A DNA stretch of 62,191 nt, filler included, from Globobulimina sp. (taxonomy: Eukaryota): NCBI GenBank assembly GCA_003354225.1. It is 34 parts of 34 records of this genome, joined end to end, with 100 filler letters (N's around TTAATTAATTAA, not from the genome) between each part and the next. Parts side by side here need not be neighbours in the genome. Positions count along the whole stretch, not along the records: positions 36,656 to 38,387 come from PIVH01012597.1; positions 38,488 to 40,219 come from PIVH01012598.1; positions 40,320 to 42,050 come from PIVH01012599.1; positions 42,151 to 43,881 come from PIVH01012600.1; positions 43,982 to 45,712 come from PIVH01012601.1; positions 45,813 to 47,543 come from PIVH01012602.1; positions 47,644 to 49,374 come from PIVH01012603.1; 27 more parts are not named here. One strand, written 5' to 3'. Under the pieces are notes generated by a model. That model ran no database searches and had not been told where the DNA came from. It saw nothing but the letters and a program-made list of their open reading frames with translations. Position numbers and translations under genes: made by a program. Positions 37,306-49,474 of this stretch are shown here, in pieces (the first letter of the stretch is position 1; every line of letters begins with the position of its first letter).

Positions 37306-37353
37306 CGCATTTTTGCCTTATCGTAAAAATCTATTTTCTAACTGAAAAAACTG
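37306..37353. mobile_element. Family A palindromic element, half copy (left arm only)
   Basis: GCATTTTTGCCTTATCGTAAAAATCTATTTTCTAACTGAAAAAACTG. Confidence 0.7.
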
Positions 37354-37379
37354 ACTAGACTTTACTTAATTATAACACA

Positions 37380-38387
37380 ATGAACCATGTACACTTATAT
37401 TGGATCATGTTCTATGCGACAAATGCAGGACTAATAATAAATTTTATCATATCCATTCAACAACTTTGTATCACAAACAATTTTACTCGGAAACCACGTG
37501 TCCGTCGAACTTCAATAGTATGCATCAACATATTCAGTTATATCATAGAAAATTCGTTGATATATTTAGCTGCAATATATCCAAATAAAGTGCTATTTTT
37601 AAACATCAATATGACTGCCATTTCAATGTTATTTGAAGCATTGGTAACATTTCTCGGATGGAACACATTTCGGCTGTTATTAGTATTTGTGATCAACGCA
37701 GTTTATGAATTGATGAGTATTCGCAGACCCAAATACTTTCCATATTTTATAAATACATTGCAAGTAATTATTTATATATCGATATTGCTTTGTTATGCAA
37801 TGTATTTTGTGTTCAACGATCGTAATTTTATATATCTGTTTTATATCATTTTGATGACGAACGTTGCAGTGACGGCTGCTTTTGTTGTCATATTATTGCA
37901 AAGACCATTAAAGTTATTGAAAGAAATATTAACTCTTAACAGCAATCACAAAGAGATAGCAAAAGGTTTATTTTTTGTGAAAGCAGCAATGTATACGGGA
38001 CTGATGATGATTGTTCTTAGTTTGACATATATTTGTTTCAACATAGAGATGATTCGAAATTATTTTCATTTTTCATGCGATTTTTTCTTCATAAATATTG
38101 TATTACATTCTATGTTCGTATACAGCATTTCTATATGTTTGCTATTATGGATTTATAAAACGAATACTTGCTGTAAAACACCACATGATTCAGTATGCGA
38201 ATTGTATTGCTGCTGCTTTTGCAATTGTTGTATGGATGATGCTGAATCGTTATTTTTTGGCTTTTCAAAGAATCGTGGAGCTGGAGTTAAATTAATGTGG
38301 CATGATTACGATTGTACATCAATTAATACTGCAAATAATGTTGAAAACAAAAGCGTGAATACAATAATGACTGCCACTACAATTAAT
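37380..38387 (+). CDS. Multi-pass (about 7 TM) membrane protein with Cys-rich tail
   Basis: Seven hydrophobic stretches then CELYCCCFCNCC. Confidence 0.65.
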
Positions 38388-38664
38388 NNNNNNNNNNNNN
38401 NNNNNNNNNNNNNNNNNNNNNNNNNNNNNNNTTAATTAATTAANNNNNNNNNNNNNNNNNNNNNNNNNNNNNNNNNNNNNNNNNNNNCCAGCGGCGAGGT
38501 CGAGGCGCTTGTGGAGCTTAATCATGCCGCCACACCGGACGTCGCAGACGCCTTTGTGGACCTACATACAGGAAATGGGGGATGCTTTTTAGATCTGATC
38601 GTGTCTTCGATGTCCTCTGGAGCAAATTGCCACATCCCATCAGCTGTAGACGGATTCGCCGCAC

Positions 38665-38998
38665 TTAAGAAAAAACCATCTTTACAGCGATATGGTTTGT
38701 TATTACCTTCCTCGACCTCAACCTCTATAACTTTTTCAGGGTGATCCTTTATTCTAACTAATATAGGTGGATCGCAATTTCTTGCTTTATCCTGGATCTC
38801 ACTTTTTAATTTATTTGTTGATCGGATACCGGTGATTTCGCAGTTGTCATTCACACCAATTAAAATTGTGCCTCCGGAAGCATTTGCAAAAGCCACCATT
38901 TCCTTTTCAAGATTTTTTGGTTTTACTTTAAATTCAAACCTTTGCCCCTCACCCTGAGCAATTTTTAGAATAAGTTCTGTATTTGTTGTTATTTCCAT
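38665..38998 (-). CDS. Prokaryotic Schlafen/AlbA_2 domain protein N-terminus, broken by chimeric junction
   Basis: GEGQRFEFK...EMVAFANASGGTILIGVND...GNNKPY. Confidence 0.85.
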
Positions 38999-39470
38999 TC
39001 TGGCAGTATGTCAATGTCATTTGATTCTGTCAATAAAAATATGCGTTGCATTTACGTTGAATTTGCGTCGCAAATTACAGGTGGTTCAATTATATTTATC
39101 CCGAAACACGCATCCCGCATCCGCAACCCGCATCACAAAACACCAAACACAAAAAACAAAACACAAAACACCAAACACACCCCCACAACCAGTATCTTAT
39201 TGACATACAATCATATTTTGTTCATAATAATTATTTAAATAGCACGTCTAATTCTTCTTTTTAAATCAATGACCTGTAAAACCATAATGAATAATCTGCC
39301 GGATAATTTTGAGCATTTATAGTTTTATCTAAGTCCCCCGCCTCTGGCGGTGGACCCGGATAGGTTTTACCGGTCAGGGGTAAAAAATAATGGTATCTTT
39401 AGATCACTTCACACTTTTTCCGTTTTGACTTAAAAGCTATTTTAACTACAATAAAAGAATCGAGGGCAAA

Positions 39471-40219
39471 ATGAATAAAAATCGACCTGAATTAAATTTG
39501 TTGTCGTCCCGGTTTTGGAGAAAACAGACTATCTTAATCCCGATTATTTTATTCCTGCTATCAATCCCGGTATATTCTCAGGATGATAAAAAACTGCAAT
39601 GGGATAAGCTTTCAAAAATGTCGCTTGAGGAGCTGATGGATTTGCGTGTAACATCTGTTTCCAAGAAACCGGATAGATATCAGGATGTTCCCTCTTCCAT
39701 TTACATCATCACTGAAGAGGATATCCGACGTTCAGGTGCTACAAGGATTGAAGAAGTTTTGAATATGGTTCCAGGTGTCTGGGTTCAGGATTTTACATAT
39801 CGCAACAGGGTTAATGGAATACGTTCATGGGCAGATGAATTTCCACAACCAATTGTACTCCTGATAGACGGTGTGCCGATGTGGACGTCTATAACCGGGG
39901 GACCAATGTATAATTATTTACATCTGTCTCTCCACCAAATCGAGCGCATCGAAGTGATAAAAGGTCCTGGTGGAACGATCTACGGCTCCAATGCAAACAC
40001 AGGGATCGTAAACATATATACCAAAGGTGCAAAAAATTCTGAGGGATTTCAATCAAATATTGATGTAGGTTCACAGGACTACTTTGCACCTCATCTTACC
40101 TATGGCAAGAAATTTTCAGAGAAGGTTTACGCCTCTTTCTTTGCGGATTACATGACTACAAGCGGTTTCGATAAGAACGACGACTTTGAAGGCGACACAT
40201 TGACAATTTACCAGGAGGG
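39471..40219 (+). CDS. Bacterial TonB-dependent receptor, signal peptide + plug domain (3' partial)
   Basis: SLEELMDLRVTSVSK, PSSIYIITEEDIRRSGA, LLIDG, IERIEVIKGPGGTIYGSNA..GIVNI.TK. Confidence 0.93.
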
Positions 40220-40690
40220 NNNNNNNNNNNNNNNNNNNNNNNNNNNNNNNNNNNNNNNNNNNNTTAATTAATTAANNNNNNNNNNNNNNNNNNNNNNNNN
40301 NNNNNNNNNNNNNNNNNNNAGCGCCCACGCGGCGGCGCGCCCCGCGGCCAAGTCCGCCTCGGAGAAGCCGAGCCCCGGCCGCGCGCCGCCGCCCCGGGCC
40401 CGTCCTCGGCCGGCGCGCTGCCCCACCGCGCCCGCGCCGCCGTCGCTGTCGCTGCTCTCGCCGCTGTGGCACACTAGAAACAAACAACCCCAACACTAGT
40501 AAAGTACCACAGGCCAAAGGCCGAAGGCAGAAAGGTGGTCAAACCAAATCCAAGAGCTGCTTCTCAGGAAGTAGGAAATGCCAATTGGCGATTGGGCTCT
40601 CACTGAAGTGCTAATAAGGAAACGGTGGACGCGCGGTCCCGACTGCCGTCCAGGAGCGCAAGACGGCAGGTGCCTTCGCACCGTTTAGTT

Positions 40691-41015
40691 TTACGGCGGC
40701 ATCGGCGAAATTTCTTGTCGAAGGGAAGACAAGGCCTCTCGGAGATTCCGCAGGCCCCGCCCTCGCGGAACACCGACAAAGTCAGCGATCAACAAAACGA
40801 CAGACTCGTGATGACCGCGCAGCAAGCAAAGCGGCCTCGGTCGGCCCGGGCGCGACCTCTGGCCTGGCCTTGTCGTCTCATGCGCGCTCACGGTGCCCTC
40901 GAAGCTGATCCCAGGGAGCACAGTACTCACGAAAGTATTACGCAGGAGACTTTCTTCCTCCAAAGACTGGAGGAGTTGTTCGTCGATTTCATCACTGCGG
41001 ATTTCATCATCGTTT
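40691..41015 (-). CDS. C-terminal fragment of a gene from a GC-rich organism, fused to AT-rich DNA
   Basis: Open frame ending ...LLIADFVGVPRGRGLRNLREAL; sharp GC drop near 41015-41070. Confidence 0.4.
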
Positions 41016-41735
41016 AAACTCGTTTGTAGAGAGTCGGCGAGTGACCGTGTTCGAGTATATCTCGTTGTGCGTTGATTATTATTTTTCTCCTTTTTCAATA
41101 CCCACTCTTTATATATTGTATTCAAATCAATATCTTTTGCATCTGAACATTGTCAACATTCTCAACATGCAATGTATGATTATCAATGTTATAAATTGCT
41201 TAACTTTTATTAGTGCTTTTTTTCATTTTTTGCAGTTGTTTGATAGAATGTTTTTTAAAACTTTGTATTTGCTGCTTTTCTTGTTGCTCAATGTGTGATA
41301 TTTGTTGTTTATAGCGAAGCTGTGCAATTTGTAGTTCGTTGTCTTTCCGATCTTTAAGCATTTGTAATTGATATTCTTTTTGGTTGTTTAATTTATGTAT
41401 TTCGTTTTGTAATTCTTTGCATGAGTTTGAACCGATGGCATTTAGTTTTTTGTTGTATTGTTCAATTTTGGAGGCAATGTCAATCATTTCAGGAGTTATT
41501 GGGGATGAACCGTCCATTGTCGCTAAAACAAAATAGAACTTTACGAAACAATGAAAATGTCACTAAATGGTTTTTTAGATAGCACATGTACATAATTAAC
41601 GGAGATTACACACTCGCGGCAGAGCAGCTGCGATCAATCCACCGATATTTATAATTCTCATAAACAGCGTTACATTGTCGGATTTATTCATGCAGCGAAC
41701 AAAAAGATTTATTTAATATTAAAACACATGCACGG

Positions 41736-42050
41736 TTATTGAGGAAGTGTAGCAAGTGTGATTTGTTGGGTACATTCTGTTAAGAAAATATGTTTCCGTA
41801 TTTTACGTTCTGCGAGTTTTGTGCAGTCTGCTTCACATTCATTATGTAGAAACATACAAAAACATCCATACTTTTCAACATTGAATCCAAATGTTAACCA
41901 AATACATAATATTTCTGTGAATAATACTGGAATAAACAACCATTTATTTATTAAATGATAGATGGAGTGTCTTAATTCATTATTTTCATTATATGCAACA
42001 AATACAGAATTATATAAAAGTGCAATAGATTTAGCAGTAATCGCCATGCT
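41736..42050 (-). CDS. C-terminus of a membrane protein
   Basis: Hydrophobic helix WLFIPVLFTEILCIWLTF then Y...C..LH..C...C. Confidence 0.45.
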   Translation of the reverse strand, partial: SMAITAKSIALLYNSVFVAYNENNELRHSIYHLINKWLFIPVLFTEILCIWLTFGFNVEKYGCFCMFLHNECEADCTKLAERKIRKHIFLTECTQQITLATLPQ

Positions 42051-42196
42051 NNNNNNNNNNNNNNNNNNNNNNNNNNNNNNNNNNNNNNNNNNNNTTAATT
42101 AATTAANNNNNNNNNNNNNNNNNNNNNNNNNNNNNNNNNNNNNNNNNNNNGATGATATTGAATTATTAAGAACTAAAATAACTAACACAATAGATT

Positions 42197-42310
42197 ATGA
42201 TTGATTTCACATTAGAGGCTAAGCAATTAGAAGTTCAGGAAAAGTATAGAGATTTTGCAGCAAGATGGATTACTCCGAATGCATTAAAGTATGACGAGTT
42301 GGCTGAATTT
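42197..42310 (+). CDS. Prokaryotic acyl-CoA dehydrogenase N-terminus, fused chimerically to a eukaryotic gene
   Basis: MIDFTL...QLEVQEKYRDFAARWITPNALKYDELAEF is a typical ACAD start; similarity stops abruptly. Confidence 0.7.
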
Positions 42311-42864
42311 CACGATGAGTATCATAAAATAAGTTGTGTTGCGATTGGACCAAGAAATCGTTATGCTGTTGTTTGTTCATCGGGTCTATCTTCTTATCGT
42401 GGACCCGAAAAGTTTATGGATAAAATGAGAGAAATTTCTCAGCCTCTTATTAAACATATATCATTTGGATGTGACAATCAATGGGCAATTACTATGAAAA
42501 ATGGACGGTGTCATGCCTCATTAAAACCAGGTAATAATTTGTAATATATAATATATACAAATTATATAACTTCGCAAATTCGCAAAATATAAACACAGCC
42601 TGTTTAAGGAGAGTCAATGAACATAATGGAAATATTAAATATGTGTCGTTGTGTGAACATGCAAATGATTGGATTGTTGGTTATGGTAAAAATGGACATG
42701 TGAAAGGAAGTGGTTTATGTGACGCACTGACTGCATTTTTGAAAGGAGGAGGTGATAATTATTTTATAGATCATGAAGAAGGACGTCGATGGAACATTAA
42801 AAATGATCTAGCAAACTGGTTCAAAGAACAAAATGCTCCATTTTCAACCGTATCTTTATATTAA
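42311..42864 (+). CDS. Eukaryotic hypothetical beta-rich protein (intron ~42531-42598)
   Basis: Repeated (C/H/Y)(V/I)(A/S)...W/Y modules; GTAATA...CACAG intron restores frame. Confidence 0.5.
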
Positions 42865-43090
42865 TATTATTTTATGTATAGTGTGTGTCTGTGATTGAAT
42901 ATATTAATACAAGGTATATTCACGTACGCAGTAGCGCTGTTTGATTTACTTCTTGATTGCTTCCAAAGTTACAGTGTAATGCACAGCATAGTGCCTGTGG
43001 TCTACAGTCGCGAGTGCAGTGATCAAATTTACGCATCCATTTCCAAACATAAATTTACGAGTTTTGCACGCTTGCAATTGATAAATAACA

Positions 43091-43778
43091 ATGGCTGCTA
43101 CAAACCAACGAATGAAACACAATACAAATACAACAAGACCAAGCAAACGCCATCGACGATTATCAAAGTTGCAACAGATCCGAGATTGCAGCCGCCTCGC
43201 AGTATGCCATTTGTCTGAGAAATTATCGCCACTCACACCGCATTTACAATTACTCAACGAAATGTGCTCCAACTTCACCTCCGAACGAGGTTGTGATGTA
43301 TTTGAATTATTAGAAACCAAAGAAAATAAGTCCACCTCCAATGGCATCGGTGAAATTGGTGTCTCGTATCTCGAATTAAAGCCAGAGAAACCGCCCGAAC
43401 ATTACATCGTTTTGGATCGATCCGTCTCGCGACAACACAGTGGCAATCTAGCAAAGCACGGCTCGCGTAAAACGTATCTATTTTACCGCAACGTGAACGA
43501 AAAAGAGAAGCCAATCACAGCCATCTCGCTTATCAATCTTAACCATGGCGAAGAAGTTAATTACTGTATATTCAATATCAGCAACGTTTTTGTTCCCAAT
43601 ACATGCTATGTATACAGCCACCGTTGGGATTTGAATTAATCTCACAAACGCCCGGCGCAAATGATGCAAACCTAACTTTCAAACAAAAAGGCAACAGCCG
43701 CATACATTTGTGTGTCTATCGTGGCTGTGGTCCGCCCTTAACCCAGTTAGGTGTGGTCCACATTGGTAAGAAGGAGCA
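43091..43778 (+). CDS. MABP (MVB12-associated beta-prism) domain protein (intron ~43556-43617; broken at 3' end)
   Basis: EKPPEHY..LDRS...GNL...YLFYR...PITAISLI...EEPPLGFELISQTPG...ANL...HLC...PLTQLGV. Confidence 0.8.
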
Positions 43779-43881
43779 TCTTACGTGGGAGATGATGCGT
43801 AAAATGGCAGAGCATGGTGTGACTATTGGAAGTCATCCAAAACGTCATCACTGGTTACCTGATCTTTCTCCTGATGAAATA
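43779..43881 (+). CDS. Bacterial polysaccharide deacetylase fragment, chimerically fused
   Basis: LTWEMMRKMAEHGVTIGSH...H..LPDL. Confidence 0.7.
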
Positions 43882-44225
43882 NNNNNNNNNNNNNNNNNNN
43901 NNNNNNNNNNNNNNNNNNNNNNNNNTTAATTAATTAANNNNNNNNNNNNNNNNNNNNNNNNNNNNNNNNNNNNNNNNNNNNAAACTTTATACTGCGAGTT
44001 ATGGAACAATGGTGCCAGGAAAATGGTATTCAAGAATACTAGCTGACATTTTTTTATTTAATTAAATGTGATTTATTCAAGCTTTAACTGCATGACTGGT
44101 TGTCATAAAAACTTTGGCTATTATAGATTTTGGTGATGGATCAACTGGCAAAGTTGAAATCGGATCACAACAATGAAAATCGTGTGTAGTGAGTACATAT
44201 CACTTGCAAAACAATTAAATTGATA

Positions 44226-45712
44226 TCATATTAATGGTTCACTCGGTCTATTAAACGAGTCTGTATTTGTTGAAACAGCAGGAACCATACTTAAATCCTT
44301 GGGTACTTTTGCTGTTCCATTACCATTAAATGCAGCTTCATCATAACTGCCATAATCATATTCATCTTCATCTCCTGCATGGATGTCAATGGTTGACTTT
44401 TTCCTCCCACCTTTATATGTCGTTGATTGTATTTGCATTTGTCTTTTTAATGGAAATCGCGTAAAGAAGAGCGCAGTCGAAATAATAGACGCTGAAATGA
44501 CAAATGGCAGTGATGGCACACCGATGGATTTGGAGCGTCTGTATCCCACAGCAAAGGCAAATGGCGCAATAATAGTAGTGATAGCTCGGTAGGATTGGAC
44601 AATGCCAAATCCCTGTCCTTGTTCTTTGGCGGATAAATATTTTGTTAAAATGGCAAATATCGCAGCATTACTGATCCCAACCGAGAAATATAACAATCCG
44701 CCACAAACAATCACTGGTATTTGCGGTATGTAATAAAACAATGCAAATATTAGTTGACTTGTAATGGAGCCATAAATGCCAATTTCTACAATAATTATGT
44801 CGGGGAACTTTCGTTTTAATATTGGTAATATTATGCCGGTTCATATTATACCCGACAAACCCATGGAGACTAAAAAAATTGCATTGATTATGGACGATTC
44901 TCTGTCGTCGTGGATGTCCATTGAATCTGATAAGTAAACTAAAATAATTCCGATAATGCCGCCCTGAGGCAATGATATTATAAATTGGATGACTGCCACC
45001 CATAAAACTATCTTATTATCGGCAACATGCAATAACGGTCGAACTGGGTTGAAATTCTATATTATTTTATTACAAACAATCAAATGTTTACAGACATTCA
45101 AGCTTGAAAATTGAACCCTGTTTAAATCCAATGCAGTGACATTCAAACTTATTGAAATGTCATTGCATTGGATTTGAACATAATTGATATCACATTGCAA
45201 ACTTATTGCCCATACCTTGCAGCTAAACCGTTTCCTATTCTTTTGTTCCAAAGATTCTTTCACAAAAAATATACAATACAGTATGGCTAAGATGTAAACC
45301 ATTGCAATTGCAGTCCAATTGAAATCTGTTCTGTATAGTATTGATATTGCAGTCGCAATCCCTGCACCAAAAAATAACATAATACCCGCCATACCATACG
45401 ACAAACCAAACCCTAATGTTTTCAAATGCGGCGGCAATACATCCGCATAATATGCATTCATAACTGGTGTCTGTGCATCACGGCCACCATTTATGCCATA
45501 TAACGCACGTAAGCCCAGAAATAGCCATAAGTTATCCGTAAATACCATTATTCCTCGGTTTAGTAAACCGACCACAAACGTTAGCAATAAAAACACTTTG
45601 CGTCCAAAAGAGTCCGATGCCCGGCCTAGAAAGCCAGAGAAAAAAAAGGAGGTTGCACCCATTGCAGTCAACGATAAGGAATCCCAAAATATCCATTCAT
45701 CATAATCGAACT
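44226..45712 (-). CDS. MFS transporter, TetA/HIAT1-like (5' partial; intron ~45057-45216; in-frame TGA at 44841-44843)
   Basis: GRASDSFGRK motif A, AYYADV, EQGQGFG; frame continues across the TGA. Confidence 0.85.
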
Positions 45713-45812
45713 NNNNNNNNNNNNNNNNNNNNNNNNNNNNNNNNNNNNNNNNNNNNTTAATTAATTAANNNNNNNNNNNNNNNNNNNNNNNNNNNNNNNN
45801 NNNNNNNNNNNN

Positions 45813-46184
45813 GAAATGACAATAATTATAAATAGCAAAATAAAACTGGAGGAAAGCATGGATCAAAAATTAAAAACAATTCAAACTAAACAAAAGCAGA
45901 AGAACTGTGCATTACAGACATTGGTGAAAAAGAATAATGCATATTTAATAGAGACCCAATCTAAAATAAAATCTTTAACTGAAGAGAGGGATAAATTCAG
46001 TGAGAATTGCGTCCATTGGCATAATTTCTGCCAGCAACAATCACAAATGATTGAAACGTTGCAACACAGGGAATCTGATAAAACAAATGCTCAACTAATT
46101 GATGGATATATCAAATCAGAAATGTCTATAACTCCGCTGTTGAGCAGAAGTAATACGTATACAAGAATCAGCAATGTGACCTGA
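45813..46184 (+). CDS. Coiled-coil C-terminal fragment
   Basis: 122 open codons from contig edge, heptad-like. Confidence 0.4.
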   Translation, partial: EMTIIINSKIKLEESMDQKLKTIQTKQKQKNCALQTLVKKNNAYLIETQSKIKSLTEERDKFSENCVHWHNFCQQQSQMIETLQHRESDKTNAQLIDGYIKSEMSITPLLSRSNTYTRISNVT

Positions 46185-46316
46185 TATTTGAGTAGAATAC
46201 AAATTCTATATTGTATACATTTGCTATTTCTAGATCTATGATCCGATTGTTGCAAATCTTGTGCCGTACAGCGCACAGTGACTACAGTCTAGAATGTGTG
46301 GTTCACAATGTAGTTA

Positions 46317-47375
46317 TCACCATTTCCAATCAGCATAATCAATTTTAACATTACAAGAAGTATGAAAAACAATCAATTGATCACTTTCTATTTGAACAAC
46401 ATTTTGTTTATCACTAAAAGCATTCGAACTTGATACCAAACCACCAAATTGTAGCAACTGTTCATCCATATTATATTTTAAACCTTTTGTTGAAACAATT
46501 GCTTCATTAAACAATGGAATTACACTGCAAATTGGTCCTTGCAATTTTGCACATTTTATTAAATGCTTCCCAGGCTTCAAAACCATTGCAAAATTGCTTC
46601 CTGTCATTAACATTATTTTCTTGTTTGGATATAATTTATCACAGTAGAATCTATATTTGCATAATACATTAAATCCTTGCATTTCATGATCAAACCTCTC
46701 GCCAAATGCGCCCCAACAAACAATATGTGTTGACTGTGTCTCCATATTTAATAAATACATTAACGATTTACTGAAATCATTATCATTTTGATCCTCAATA
46801 TAGATTTGTTTTGATCCTTTATTCACAAAATAATCCAATATATGTTGTTCAACAGAATCTAAATCACCAACAATTGCGTTTGGTATTATATTTATTCCTG
46901 ATACACCCGCTCTGAATAATGAATTTGCTCCACCATCAGCACAAATTATTGTGCTTGCATGATTACATATTTTTTTTATTAATACGTCGCCGGGCGCATT
47001 TAACAAAATCACATCATATTTATTTCGCAGTTCGTCCTTTGTGGATATTGAGGTATCCCATTGAGTTTGAAATATGTCATCCAAAAAAGTTAAGTCATAT
47101 TCGTTCACAATATCATCCAAAGCATTATCATCGGTTTTAGTATCATTCGTATATGATCGGCACTGCATCAACATTGAATTGAATCGATGTTTTGCAAATG
47201 GGGACATTAATGAACGAGATATTGACGAGAAAAATCTGTTGAAACAACTGCTGTTAATGTTGTGCTTTGCTGTGATTGTTGACATTGTCGTTATTTGTTT
47301 ATATTGGAATTTGATACAAAGTCTTTGCACCGTTAAACGCTTGTTGTTAAAGAAGAATCTGGCAAATCTTTTCAT
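46317..47375 (-). CDS. TPK1: Thiamine pyrophosphokinase with long basic N-terminal extension
   Basis: CADGGAN, GDLDS, DQNDNDFSK, GAFGERFDH, STKGLKYN, FGGLVSSSN. Confidence 0.95.
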   Translation of the reverse strand: MKRFARFFFNNKRLTVQRLCIKFQYKQITTMSTITAKHNINSSCFNRFFSSISRSLMSPFAKHRFNSMLMQCRSYTNDTKTDDNALDDIVNEYDLTFLDDIFQTQWDTSISTKDELRNKYDVILLNAPGDVLIKKICNHASTIICADGGANSLFRAGVSGINIIPNAIVGDLDSVEQHILDYFVNKGSKQIYIEDQNDNDFSKSLMYLLNMETQSTHIVCWGAFGERFDHEMQGFNVLCKYRFYCDKLYPNKKIMLMTGSNFAMVLKPGKHLIKCAKLQGPICSVIPLFNEAIVSTKGLKYNMDEQLLQFGGLVSSSNAFSDKQNVVQIESDQLIVFHTSCNVKIDYADWKW

Positions 47376-47706
47376 TTTTTACAACTGTTTTTTTATCAAA
47401 GTGTTTCGGATTTATTCCATTTTTTTATCATGCAATTTTCACGTGTACGATTATTAGCTTTATCGAATTTATCACCATTACGAGTTGGCAGTCGTCATTT
47501 TTGTGCGTCACAATCAACCAAATTATCTGCGTCAGTGGAACAANNNNNNNNNNNNNNNNNNNNNNNNNNNNNNNNNNNNNNNNNNNNTTAATTAATTAAN
47601 NNNNNNNNNNNNNNNNNNNNNNNNNNNNNNNNNNNNNNNNNNNAGCATTTCTTTTTATCATGTTGAAAAAACAAAAAAACAAAAAATACAAATATCAGAG
47701 CCAATA

Positions 47707-49374
47707 TCACAAATTTAATCGATCGAATGGAGGAAGTTGTTTAATTAATGGAGTGCGTTCATTTTGCTCTTCAATGTCATAATCTTCTTCTTGTATTCCA
47801 TTATATTTATAGCTGTTATTTGCAATTGGTGATAAAAATGGAAATGACTGATAATTTGAACATGTATTATTATCATTATCATTGTCACGATCACACAAAA
47901 GATCCGTTTTTGCAGATTGTAAATGTACATTATGTTTTTGTGTTTGTTGTTGTTGTAACAATGATTCATTTTGTACGCCTACGTCTTGCATCAATAATTT
48001 CGCTCTTTCATCTGTACCTTTTTGTTGTTTTTTGTGTTTCCAATAAATATAAACAATATAAGCCATGGTTACGAAGCCACAAAATAATATCGAACATGCT
48101 ATTATTGTACCAACAAATATATGACCACCGCTTAGTTCACCTGAATTATCAAACGGTTGCTGTACTTCCTCTGAATCTATATCTGCCTCCTCCTCACCAT
48201 CACCATTAACATCAACATGTGCCTCCACATCAAGCACACCAATATATTCCCCAATCATTGTTTTTATATCTTTACTTCCATCACAATACACAAATCCATA
48301 CACATTAGACACATAAACATCTGCTTTATACTGCACAGAGTCAACATTAACATTACTTACATAGCGCACTCCGCTTTGCATTGAATCAAATTCATTCACA
48401 TAAAGTATACCGCAGGCCATGGGTGCTCTATTTGGTCGTGTTTCCCAGGTCAATTCATTATATTTATCAGGTATTGACCAGCCGGAATGTATATCATCAA
48501 TATGGATGTCACCAGTTATCAATAAATTAACCGATGGCCACACACCAATCCCCAATGCGTCGCCGGTATACGATTGTAAGCCATGAATATTAATATCATT
48601 TATTTTGATATTATCCGCTGCATTAATCGCAATGCCTTGCAATGTATTCCCACTGAACCCAACTTGCATGGGTAACTTCTGCGACATATGGCCGCCATCA
48701 TCAAATTGCGTATATCCGCCACAATCCGTTAAACCTAATGTTGTTTGTTCGAATAAATTATATATCTCAATATTGCCTAATTTCGCAGACTGTACACCGT
48801 CAATTCTTATGCCCATCAATCCTTTGCCAGATTGCAACATGACATCGTTGTTACAGCCAATCATCACATCATCCAATGACTGTGTGTCCCCTTTTGCCCA
48901 TCGCAACGTATCATCTTTAAATATCAATTGATTCTGTAAATAGTCCCAATTATCTGTAAACTCACTCAACGCGAACAATATATCGGTCATAATCGTACCT
49001 TTATATTGCGGGTTATTTGCCAAATCGGCTTTATTCAATGAAGCAAACATTTGTGTGCCGTCATAGGGCGCTTGCAACGGGTTTACATACGCACTGCCAT
49101 ACGGATTCATAGTCTTCCTCGACACGCGGATATATTCAGTCATATCGTGTCGAATATTGTGAATGCGGATATTTTGTAACACGGCGCGCGATGAAAACGT
49201 ATCTAAGTCGCCGTTCAAATTAAAAGACATTACATTCTCTCCCGCGCGATTTAAATAAATGCCATACATTGACGCACCATCTGGTACACCCGATGGGTTA
49301 TGAAATAATCGTAAGATATCATTCCAATCTGCAGCCTCCAACTCTGGATCCGGCTCCTTACCATTATATACATA
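47707..49374 (-). CDS. Single-pass membrane protein with probable parallel beta-helix ectodomain (5' partial)
   Basis: Repeated GI.I....N..(I/L)..I.I.(N/G/D) strands; TM IFVGTIIACSILFCGFVTMAYIVYIYW; tail ERTPLI. Confidence 0.6.
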   Translation of the reverse strand, partial: YVYNGKEPDPELEAADWNDILRLFHNPSGVPDGASMYGIYLNRAGENVMSFNLNGDLDTFSSRAVLQNIRIHNIRHDMTEYIRVSRKTMNPYGSAYVNPLQAPYDGTQMFASLNKADLANNPQYKGTIMTDILFALSEFTDNWDYLQNQLIFKDDTLRWAKGDTQSLDDVMIGCNNDVMLQSGKGLMGIRIDGVQSAKLGNIEIYNLFEQTTLGLTDCGGYTQFDDGGHMSQKLPMQVGFSGNTLQGIAINAADNIKINDINIHGLQSYTGDALGIGVWPSVNLLITGDIHIDDIHSGWSIPDKYNELTWETRPNRAPMACGILYVNEFDSMQSGVRYVSNVNVDSVQYKADVYVSNVYGFVYCDGSKDIKTMIGEYIGVLDVEAHVDVNGDGEEEADIDSEEVQQPFDNSGELSGGHIFVGTIIACSILFCGFVTMAYIVYIYWKHKKQQKGTDERAKLLMQDVGVQNESLLQQQQTQKHNVHLQSAKTDLLCDRDNDNDNNTCSNYQSFPFLSPIANNSYKYNGIQEEDYDIEEQNERTPLIKQLPPFDRLNL

Positions 49375-49474
49375 NNNNNNNNNNNNNNNNNNNNNNNNNN
49401 NNNNNNNNNNNNNNNNNNTTAATTAATTAANNNNNNNNNNNNNNNNNNNNNNNNNNNNNNNNNNNNNNNNNNNN

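Noticed and set aside
42197-42544. Novel acyl-CoA dehydrogenase fusion protein
   Set aside because: Only ~38 aa of ACAD, cut mid-domain and joined to an intron-containing gene; chimera
43603-43881. MABP-polysaccharide deacetylase fusion
   Set aside because: Both domains broken at the join; chimera pattern seen elsewhere in the window
34824-45712. EFSec plus in-frame TGA in the MFS gene as a selenoprotein system
   Set aside because: Different contigs; TGA falls in a TM helix with no redox motif and no SECIS was recognised; a point mutation is simpler
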